From contig JBBSVW010000032.1 of assembly GCA_038046605.1 (NCBI GenBank), positions 1 through 23,599 on the forward strand: a stretch of DNA of 23,599 nt. Direction: 5' to 3'. The translations under genes and the position numbers were made by a program. This document shows, piece by piece, positions 1 to 7,800 of the stretch. This DNA is from Candidatus Micrarchaeota archaeon. Lineage in GTDB: Archaea > Micrarchaeota > Micrarchaeia > Norongarragalinales > SBBD01. The notes under the pieces are model-generated. The model was not told the origin of the DNA, did no database searches, and saw only the letters and a list, made by a program, of their open reading frames with translations. How positions within the stretch are numbered: position 1 is the first letter of the stretch; every line of letters begins with the position of its first letter.

Positions 1-167
1 ATTTTTTTTGGGAAATTGTTTCCAAACCTGTCCCACAATTCATCATGTGCGGATCTTCGGGATTCATCCATCATCAGTTCCTCAAAATGGTCCATTACGC
101 GGTGCCCTATCAACTTAGGGTAAATTCTGTTGTAAATCGTTTCTGTTTTTTGATGTGTGATTTTCAT
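1..167 (-). CDS. Hypothetical protein, 5' part only (runs off the window start)
   Basis: Manual translation from ATG at 167: MKITHQKTETIYNRIYPKLIGHRVMDHFEELMMDESRRSAHDELWDRFGNNFPKK..., open to base 1. It starts 33 nt after the DUF92 stop on the same strand. Confidence 0.55.
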   Translation of the reverse strand, partial: MKITHQKTETIYNRIYPKLIGHRVMDHFEELMMDESRRSAHDELWDRFGNNFPKK

Positions 168-200
168 ACGATTATTTTCCCCTAACCAATTATTATTGGT

Positions 201-1031
201 TTAGAATCCCTTCAAAAGCTGGTAAAGCCCCCCTCCAATGAGCCCCCCGCAAATTGATGAGAGCAAATTCACCGTATCATTGTTTATCTGCCGCCAGCCC
301 TTGTGGTAAACCGTTTTGGTTCCGCACTTGTGGATTTCGCGCTCGGTTTGTTTTTTGCACTTGGGGCACCAGTACATCACCTGGATCGTTGCACCTAGGA
401 GGGAATCAACAAGCGCGCCGGCAACTCCGGCAAAAGCCGGGATTGCTATTAGGAAGATTGGCTCAATTGGGGGCGTTTTGAAATAACTTGTCCCAAGGTC
501 TGCAAGGATATATGCCAAAACGCCAATAGCAAGGGCGCCCAGGAATGCGGCGGAAAGACCAAGCCATGAAACCGCTCCTGAAACCCCTTTTTCAACCTTC
601 TTGAAATTGGTGATTAGGTAAGCTTTATCACTCAATACCCCAATTTCCGTGGAAAGGGTATCTGCGGTAACAGTCGCAACAACTCCAAGGAAGGCAAAAT
701 AGAGGGTATTTAGTGGATAATACCGGTTAGCAATCGCAATGAGTGCCGCAAGCGCGCCATTTGCGGCAACCTGCCAAAAATCCCTAACGCCGCCCTTGGC
801 GAATTCCTTATTCACTTCGGTTTTTTCCTTCGCCCTATATTTCGTGAAGGCGCTTGCAGAAACAAAGAAAACCGCAAGGATGAAAAACCAGTTCCAGCCC
901 CCGAAGGTGAATATTGTAAGCCCAACGAGAATGGCGGCAAGTATCCCACCTTCTGACAGAAGCCTGTGTTTTGCAGCAACGCTCCCAAGAACGAGCGTTG
1001 CGATGATCCCTACGAGGAAGGAAAATTCCAT
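201..1031 (-). CDS. DUF92 (TMEM19/VTE6-like) integral membrane protein with a C-terminal Cys/His metal-binding loop
   Basis: Multi-TM protein with family motifs RDFWQVAANG, ADTLSTEIG, GVSGAVSWLG, VDSLLGATIQ and NNDTVNLL, plus CPKC...HKCG. Confidence 0.92.
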   Translation of the reverse strand: MEFSFLVGIIATLVLGSVAAKHRLLSEGGILAAILVGLTIFTFGGWNWFFILAVFFVSASAFTKYRAKEKTEVNKEFAKGGVRDFWQVAANGALAALIAIANRYYPLNTLYFAFLGVVATVTADTLSTEIGVLSDKAYLITNFKKVEKGVSGAVSWLGLSAAFLGALAIGVLAYILADLGTSYFKTPPIEPIFLIAIPAFAGVAGALVDSLLGATIQVMYWCPKCKKQTEREIHKCGTKTVYHKGWRQINNDTVNLLSSICGGLIGGGLYQLLKGF

Positions 1032-1160
1032 ATTTTTGATTAACCTTAAATTGCCAAATCAAAGGAAAATAATCATTGGAAAAAAAGAAAAACCAGATGG
1101 ATTGGAAATATTGCAATATAACCTTCAATCCCAATATTTCGGAAATAGCTATCAATCCTT

Positions 1161-1943
1161 TCATTTGCCGGCCGTTCTTATCTTTTCCCCAAACGCCGCT
1201 TTGAGGCTTCCATCATTCAGGTGGAGCGCCTGCTTTGCCAGTTCCATTCCGCCAAGGATTTCAGGCATCACAATCACATCCGCGCCGGCGCCGTGGAGCT
1301 TTCCAACAGACTGCTCCGAGAACGCACGGCTGGCAATCTTGATGCTTTTATTTGCCTCCCTTGCCGTCAACACGAGGAAAACATTGTTTGAATCATTGTT
1401 AAGGGCGGCAACAAGGAGTTTAGCCTTTTGTATTCCCGCCTTCCTTAGGGTTTCCTCCATGAGGGCATCCCCCTGGACATATGGCGCATTCCCATCCTTT
1501 AGGCTTCCAATTGCCTTATCCGCCAAATCCACCACGACGTATTCCTCCCCTGAATGCTTGAAAATTTCGCATGCGGTCCTGCCCAAATCGCCAAAGCCGC
1601 AAACTATTATGTGATTTTTCATCCCATCAATGCGCTTTTTCATCCTTTTCTCACCCAATTCCAAGTTCACAACATAGCCCGTAACAAATTCAACCAAAAC
1701 CGCAAACACCAGCCAGCTTGAAAGCGCCAGGAACAGCGATGCGACCTTCGAGGGAAAGGAATAGCTCAAGGTGCACTTCCCAAGCGTAAGGGAGCAGACG
1801 GTTTCGTACAGCGCATCAAAAGGCTGGAATTTTTCGAAGAAAATAAATGAAAAAATCGCCAGGGCGCTGATAATTATAAGCAGCCCCAGCAGCAATTTCC
1901 GCGCCTCCCCCCGTATCCTTTCCTCCCTGGTTTCCACGTTCAC
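1161..1943 (-). CDS. Two-TM ion channel protein with a C-terminal TrkA-N/RCK NAD-binding gating domain (MthK/Kch-like)
   Basis: TM1, pore helix (FDALYETV) and TM2, followed by NHIIVCGFGDLG, GDA...LRKAGIQKAK, NVFLVLTARE and GADVIVMPEILGG. Start reassigned from 2117 to GTG 1943 (alternative GTG 1937) because TTATAAAT lies ~25 nt upstream on the minus strand. Confidence 0.88.
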   Translation of the reverse strand: MNVETREERIRGEARKLLLGLLIIISALAIFSFIFFEKFQPFDALYETVCSLTLGKCTLSYSFPSKVASLFLALSSWLVFAVLVEFVTGYVVNLELGEKRMKKRIDGMKNHIIVCGFGDLGRTACEIFKHSGEEYVVVDLADKAIGSLKDGNAPYVQGDALMEETLRKAGIQKAKLLVAALNNDSNNVFLVLTAREANKSIKIASRAFSEQSVGKLHGAGADVIVMPEILGGMELAKQALHLNDGSLKAAFGEKIRTAGK

Positions 1944-1967
1944 GACCGGAAGGAATAAGCTGAAATC

Positions 1968-1975
1968 ATTTATAA
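1968..1975 (-). promoter_or_regulatory. Putative TATA box for a leaderless channel-gene transcript
   Basis: Minus-strand TTATAAAT ending 25 nt before GTG 1943. Confidence 0.45.
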
Positions 1976-2174
1976 TTACGACTACTCCGGAAGACTGGAA
2001 ATTTGCAATGAAGGCGCATTCGCAGCATGCCTCCTCCTTCATAATTAAACCGTTTTTTTGCAAGCCAAGGGTTAAATATAAATCCTGCATCCAAGATGTT
2101 TTTGGGAAACTGTGCACCTATTTTTCAATTAATAATTCTTACTGCTTATGCACCCGAAATGACCCCTAGCTTTC

Positions 2175-2182
2175 TTTATAAG
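2175..2182 (+). promoter_or_regulatory. Putative archaeal TATA box
   Basis: TTTATAAG, implying a start near 2205. It is followed by SD-like GAGGTG (2220-2225) and ATG 2231. Confidence 0.4.
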
Positions 2183-2520
2183 CCCCCGAATTCCATATTT
2201 TCGAGTCGCTGGAGGCTTTGAGGTGGTTAGATGTGGCTCAAGTTGGCGGCACTATTTGTGATATGGCGATTAGGATCCGATTGAATCCCTAGCCGCAGCT
2301 GGAATGGACTATAAGGCACTAGCGCCCTCCTTTCTTAGAGGAAGCAATAGCGATGATGAAAAAAGAACCTTCTGAAAAACGTGCGCTACGTTTTGATGAG
2401 CGAATGTTACGATCTGAGCTATTGCTTTTGCATTCCCTACTTAAAAAAGGTTTCCTTGAACTGCCCGGAGTGGGTTCGTTTTGAGGATGCAGCCTTAGTT
2501 CCATGCAATCGTACGCCCAC

Positions 2521-2722
2521 CCGAAGGTAAATAAAAAGCTGACACCCAATGGGGGCTAAGCCCCCAACACCAAGGGGAATGACTTCCCCTATGCTCCAGA
2601 ATCCCGATGATTCTGGGCATGCTAAGAACCCTAGGGGTTCTGACGCACCGGGTTGCCCTACCCCTTCAAGTGCGCCGCCTCCCCCCTATTTACTTGCGTG
2701 AATCCGAAGGTAAATAAAAAGC
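2521..2722. repeat. Exact 19-bp direct repeat (CCGAAGGTAAATAAAAAGC at 2521-2539 and 2704-2722) enclosing four tandem hairpins
   Basis: Hairpins read directly from the sequence: TGGGGGC-taa-GCCCCCA (2550-2566), AGGGGAA-tgac-TTCCCCT (2573-2590), ATGC(T)CCAGAATC-ccgat-GATTCTGGGCAT (2591-2620) and AGAACCC-tag-GGGTTCT (2625-2641). Confidence 0.85.
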
Positions 2723-2739
2723 GCCGCATTAAGGATTCC

Positions 2740-3711
2740 ATGATATTGATCACCGGAGCAACCGGAAGGATAGGCGGCGCGCTTGCAAAAAGGCTGATTT
2801 CCTCTAAAAAATACAAAGGAAAGGTCCGCATCCTTGTTAGGGATGTTTTGAAGGCAAAAACCCAATTTGGATCTACCGTTGAAATTTTCGAGGGGGATTT
2901 GGCTTCCGCGCACGATTTTATTGCTATTGCGCAGGCATGCAAGGGAGTTGATGCCATTATCCACTGCGCAGCTAGTGTTGATTATTCCCTCCCGGAAAGG
3001 GAGATGATGCAGCAGAATTATTTTGGGACAGCGCGGCTGATAAAATCAGCAAAACTACAAAAAAAATCCCCGAAATTCATATTCATATCATCGACATCGA
3101 TTTACCGGGGGGTTGACGGGGAAATTTCAGAGGCAACTCCCCCAAAACCATTCAATGCCTATGGGAAAAGCAAGCTGGAGGCGGAAAATGCGCTGAAAAA
3201 TTCGGGCTTAAATTACATAATACTGCGGCCATCTGTCGTCTATGGCGAGGGCTTCAAAACCGGATTTGCCCCCGTAATTAAAATGATCGCTAAGGGGAGG
3301 ATGCCTATTATTGGGTTTGGGAAAAATCATATCCCCCATATCTATCTAAGTGATTTGGTTGATGCGATAATTCTTGCCCTTGAAAGCAAGCTTAAGCATG
3401 AGGATTTCATCATTTCTTCCGGTGAGAAAATAACCCAGCTCGAAGCTTATGGCATCATCGCAAAGGAACTTGGCGTTTCCCCCCCTAATCTGCATTTCCC
3501 AAAATCCATATCCTATTTTGCCGCCGGGCTTGGCCATTCGCTTTACCTCCTCCTGGGCAAAAAGCCCAAAATTTTCAGGGAATACGTACACACGGTGGCA
3601 GAAAACAAAGTAATTAATATTGGTAAGGCAACAAAACTGCTGCACTTCAGGCCAAAGGTGGGCTTTAAGGCTGGCATCAAGAAATTGATTGCCGGGATTA
3701 GGGGTGCATGA
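2740..3711 (+). CDS. NAD-dependent epimerase/dehydratase family protein (extended SDR)
   Basis: MILITGATGRIGG Rossmann motif, IIHCAA, FISSTSIY, catalytic YGKSK, LRPSVVYG and IYLSDLV. Start moved to ATG 2740, where the Rossmann fold begins. Confidence 0.93.
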   Translation: MILITGATGRIGGALAKRLISSKKYKGKVRILVRDVLKAKTQFGSTVEIFEGDLASAHDFIAIAQACKGVDAIIHCAASVDYSLPEREMMQQNYFGTARLIKSAKLQKKSPKFIFISSTSIYRGVDGEISEATPPKPFNAYGKSKLEAENALKNSGLNYIILRPSVVYGEGFKTGFAPVIKMIAKGRMPIIGFGKNHIPHIYLSDLVDAIILALESKLKHEDFIISSGEKITQLEAYGIIAKELGVSPPNLHFPKSISYFAAGLGHSLYLLLGKKPKIFREYVHTVAENKVINIGKATKLLHFRPKVGFKAGIKKLIAGIRGA

Positions 3712-3777
3712 ATGCAGTTTTGGCAGTGCAAAGCGCAACGTTAAAATCATTGTGATTAAAAATAATTTGTGGTAATT

Positions 3778-3987
3778 ATGAAATTGCACGTAGTTTTGGA
3801 AAAGCAAGATGAAGGCGGATATACCGCCTATATTCCCGAATTACCCGGCTGCATCTCCCAGGGCGATACCCGGGATGGAGCACTTAGGAATATTAAGGAA
3901 GCCAGGGAGCTTTATTTGGAGGAAATTACGAAAGTGGAATTGAAACACCTGCTTTCGAATGTTCAAATCATTCCTGCTGTGATATAA
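3778..3987 (+). CDS. hicB: HicB family antitoxin (short form, no C-terminal DNA-binding domain)
   Basis: VVLEKQDEGGYTAYIPELPGCISQGDTRDGALRNIKEARELYLE is the typical HicB N-terminal domain. Its stop overlaps the hicA start (TAATG). Confidence 0.92.
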   Translation: MKLHVVLEKQDEGGYTAYIPELPGCISQGDTRDGALRNIKEARELYLEEITKVELKHLLSNVQIIPAVI

Positions 3988-4208
3988 TGGGCAGGCTTCC
4001 CGTAATATCCGGGAGGGAGATATTGAACGTTGCCTTAAACCTAGGTTTCTCAATTATGAGGCAAAAGGGAAGCCATTTGATTTTAAGGAAGGAAAAAAGG
4101 ATGCTCGTAATTCCGATGCATGCAAATAAACCAATTAAAAAGGGCACTTTGGTTCAAATCCTAAAAATGCTTGAAATTAGCCGTGAGGATTTTGACAAAT
4201 ATTTTTGA
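3987..4208 (+). CDS. hicA: HicA family mRNA interferase toxin
   Basis: LPVISGREILNVALNLGF...RQKGSHLIL...VIPMH...IKKGTLVQIL. The GSH motif is intact. Confidence 0.92.
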   Translation: MGRLPVISGREILNVALNLGFSIMRQKGSHLILRKEKRMLVIPMHANKPIKKGTLVQILKMLEISREDFDKYF

Positions 4209-4211
4209 GTG

Positions 4212-4700
4212 ATGCCAATGAAATACGAATGCGAAAATTGCAAATTGAATTTTGATTCGGAAGACCCCCAGAACTGCCCTAGATGCTCAAGCCGTAAAAT
4301 CAGGCGCTCATTTGCCGACAAGAAGAAATTTGGGGAAAAAGGGGGTTTTGGCGCTGGTTCGTCCCATGGAAGCTCAAATTCGAGCCATGGATCGGCAACC
4401 CATTCTGCATCATCGCTAACTGGGCCATTCCCAACCGGTTCATCCACAGGTTCAAACCCGTCATCTTTATCCGGTCCAACAAAGCCCATGGGCGCATCCC
4501 CAACAGCCGGCAAGGTATTTTTCTCGCATCAATCAAATATCGGCAGGGACGGCAAGGAGGGCTGGCGCGATTTCCACAAAAGCGAAGTTAGGGTTTGCCA
4601 GGATTGCGGCGGCACGGAATTCGACTTCAACTGGAAGCGAAAGGAAAGGAGCTGCAAGAAGTGCGGCTCGATCTATCCGCTTGCAAGGAGGATGGGGTAA
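4212..4700 (+). CDS. Double zinc-ribbon protein with a Ser/Gly-rich disordered linker
   Basis: N-terminal CENC-x12-CPRC and C-terminal CQDCGG...SCKKCG. Starts right after the hicA stop (GTG 4209, ATG 4212 or ATG 4218). Confidence 0.8.
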   Translation: MPMKYECENCKLNFDSEDPQNCPRCSSRKIRRSFADKKKFGEKGGFGAGSSHGSSNSSHGSATHSASSLTGPFPTGSSTGSNPSSLSGPTKPMGASPTAGKVFFSHQSNIGRDGKEGWRDFHKSEVRVCQDCGGTEFDFNWKRKERSCKKCGSIYPLARRMG

Positions 4701-4833
4701 AACAGCAATACTCTTCCATAATTCCCTCGTAAATTTTGCCCCTAGGCGCGACCCTTAAACCCCCCATTTGAATATTTAGGGTTTCCTAACTGGTTAATAA
4801 ACATTCACAAATGCAAAGGTAGCTGGGGTTTTA

Positions 4834-7800
4834 GTGGGGTTTAATCGTCTTTATTCTCTGATAGTATTAGTGCCGCTTCTTTTGGGCATAACTTATTTGG
4901 CATCAGTTGGCACAGGATTCAACCTGGGCGGCAACCCTAGCATCCAAGCCGATCTCCAATTTGCATCCCCATCCCCAATTGCAAATGATACGCCAATCGA
5001 CCTTGTTCCACTTGTCAATGCGACCGCCTCGCCATCCCCCTTGCAAACCCCTTCCCCAACGGAGATAATTTTCCCGACCTATGAACCCTCCCCTTCGCCC
5101 TCAATCCTGCCCCAAGATATTTCCTCTCCAACGCCCGATCCATCAGTTTTTCCCGATGCGCCCCAGGTAAATAGCTGCGGAGATGTAATTACCACAAATC
5201 TTGTGATGACCAACGATCTTCTATTATGCACCGGCAATGGATTGGTTGTAAATGCAAACGCCATTCAAATCGATTGCAATGGTCACACAATATCCGCTAC
5301 ACCGCAGGGTGCAAGCAACACCAAATCCGGAATTCTTGCCTTTGGTAAAACCGAAATTACAATTAAGAATTGCAAAATATTGAATTTTTACATCGGTGTC
5401 AACTTTAGCTCAGTGAATTTCAGTTATGTCCTCTTAAGCAACTTAACTGGCAACTTTTTCGGAGTTAGGGCAATCAATTCAAGGAGCATAACCGTAAGCA
5501 ACAATTCATTTTCCAATAATGGCAACATGGCTATCAATTTGGTCGATTCAAAAACCAATTTAATTTCCTCTAATACTGTGAAAAATGCACCTAGTTTTGG
5601 AACCTATGGAATTTATGTTCAATCATCAAATGGCAGCATAGTTAGAAATAATTCTGTTAGTGGGATGACCCTTGATGGAGTTGTCGTCATAGTTTCAAAT
5701 TCAAATGTTATCGATTCGAATATCCTTTTTTCCAATTCGCAAAGCGGTTTGGCGTTCCAATTGGATGCAGCATTCAATAATGTCACTAATAATACCATTC
5801 GGCAAAACGGCCGGGGGATCATGATTTCCGAAGTATCGTCAAACAATTTAATAAGCTCCAATAATATTACAAATAATACAAATTATGGGATTGACTTCCT
5901 GACTTCTGCTCCAATCAGCAATAAGGTTTACAATAATTTTTTCAGCAATACTGTTAATGCAAAAGCAACTGGGCTTAATTTCTGGAACATCACAAAAACC
6001 GCCGGCACGAACATTATTGGCGGCCCGTTCCTTGCCGGCAATTACTGGAATAATTACAACGGAACTGACACTACTGGTGATGGTATTGGCGACAACAACC
6101 TCCCATATACATCTGGCGCTCAAATTACGGCTGGAGGGGATTATGCGCCCCTAGTGCTTCCGGCACCGTTTATGTGCGGGGATGTTAACAATAATGGAGT
6201 TGTAGATGTCCTTGATGTTTCCAGTTTTAGGAACTACGTTTATCATGGTTCATCTGTTCCAACAAACCTCCCTGCAGGCGATATCAATGCAGATGGAGTA
6301 TACGATGCCTTTGATGTTGCATTACTTACTAGGCTGGCCTTTTATGGCGGCGTAACCTGCGGACCTAAAGGAACAGTAAATTCATCAGCAACAATAATAC
6401 TGGACAATCCGATACAATTGATTGCCGGGAATTTCAGCTTCCCAATCCGTGCCGCTTTCAATAATCCTGCAGAAGTTTATCAGGTAAGGATTTCCTATAA
6501 TTCGACCAAGTTAATATCGCTAAATACGACTGCGCTTGCCCCCGAACTCCTAAACCGCATCTCATCTCCCGGATTGGTTGTTTATGGTGATACCAATACT
6601 TCCGATCCGATTGACCTTTACTTTGGTTCAGCTAACCTTACAAATGCATTATTCAGGAATCTCACATCGAATTTGAATCCGTGCAATATCAGCATTATAG
6701 GCGCCGAGGTTGCTGATTACGATGGAAGAAAGTTCACGAATGTAAACATTGTCAACCCAACGCTATGCCAACCCCCAACCGGGAATTTGACGTGTGGAAG
6801 CTTGGTGAGTGCCAGTTCCACCTTGACAACCGACCTGCTCAACTGCCCGGGCAATGGCCTTGTAATCAATGGGAATAATGTCCAAATCGACTGCAATGGC
6901 CATACCATCTCCGCAGCAACCCCCAATACCGGCACCGGAATCCTCTCCTCCAGCAAAACCAATGTCACAATCAAGAATTGCAAAATATTGAGGTTCAACA
7001 CAGGAATCGATTTCACCTCCACGAATGCCAGCTCAATGATAAATAACAATTTAACAAATGATTTCCGTGGCGTTTTGGTCTCGTCCTCCAAGAATGATAC
7101 CGTGATTGGCAATTTCTTTGGGGATAACGGAAACATTGCTCTATACATTTTGTTATCTGCTACGGTTACCGCAAAATCAAATACGGTCATAAACGGAGTT
7201 GGCGGCGGAACTTACGGAATTTACTTGGCAGCGGCAAATGCGAGCATAATCCGAAATAATACTGTAAGCGGAATGGGCCTTGATGCCCTTTTGCTCATCA
7301 ATTCGCATATGAATCTTGTGGAATACAACAAACTTATTTCCAACTTCCAAAGCGGCCTGTTCATTTTGCAATCCTCAACCTTGAACAATGCCACCAACAA
7401 TTCCATCCTCCAGAACGGCGAGGGCATCATTTTCTACCAGCCCTCAACTAAAAACATAATCAAATCGAACAACATTTCTGACAACATTTATGCTGGCATC
7501 TATTTCCTGGATGCGAATGCAGCAAACAACACGATTTACGATAATTTCCTGTCAAACACCCTCAATGCCCACGCAAACGGATCCAATTTCTGGAACGTAA
7601 CCAAACGGCCCGGTATTAACATCGTCAACGGCTCCTTCATTGCCGGAAATTACTGGAGCGATTACTTTGGCATCGACACAGACGGTGATTTCATCGGGGA
7701 TACGAACCTGCCCCACACCTCGAGCGGAGAGATTTCCATTGGAGGGGATTTTGCGCCATTGATCAGTAATGCCACCCAACCGTTTGACTTTACCTGGCAT

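Noticed and set aside
739-1614. 291-aa plus-strand ORF and other antisense or overlapping ORFs in 254-2169
   Set aside because: Shadows of the well-supported minus-strand DUF92 and channel genes, with no recognisable motifs.
1944-2117. N-terminal extension of the channel ORF
   Set aside because: Not channel-like and contains the probable TATA box; GTG 1943/1937 fits better.
2224-2300. tRNA-like fragments (TGGCTCAAGTTGG; GATTGAATCCC)
   Set aside because: No acceptor stem, no TTCRA T-loop and no consistent cloverleaf. tRNAscan-SE would settle it.
2521-2722. CRISPR mini-array
   Set aside because: Only two 19-bp copies 183 bp apart, the hairpins differ in sequence, and there are no cas genes in the window.
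2653-2739. TTG-start extension of the SDR
   Set aside because: Overlaps the promoter-like repeat; the Rossmann motif begins at ATG 2740.
2170-2740. RNase P RNA, SRP RNA or fluoride riboswitch in the intergenic gap
   Set aside because: I could not find their conserved core motifs on either strand.
3745-3757. AATCA-ttg-TGATT inverted repeat upstream of hicB as an operator
   Set aside because: Only 5-bp arms in AT-rich DNA, and this HicB lacks a DNA-binding domain.
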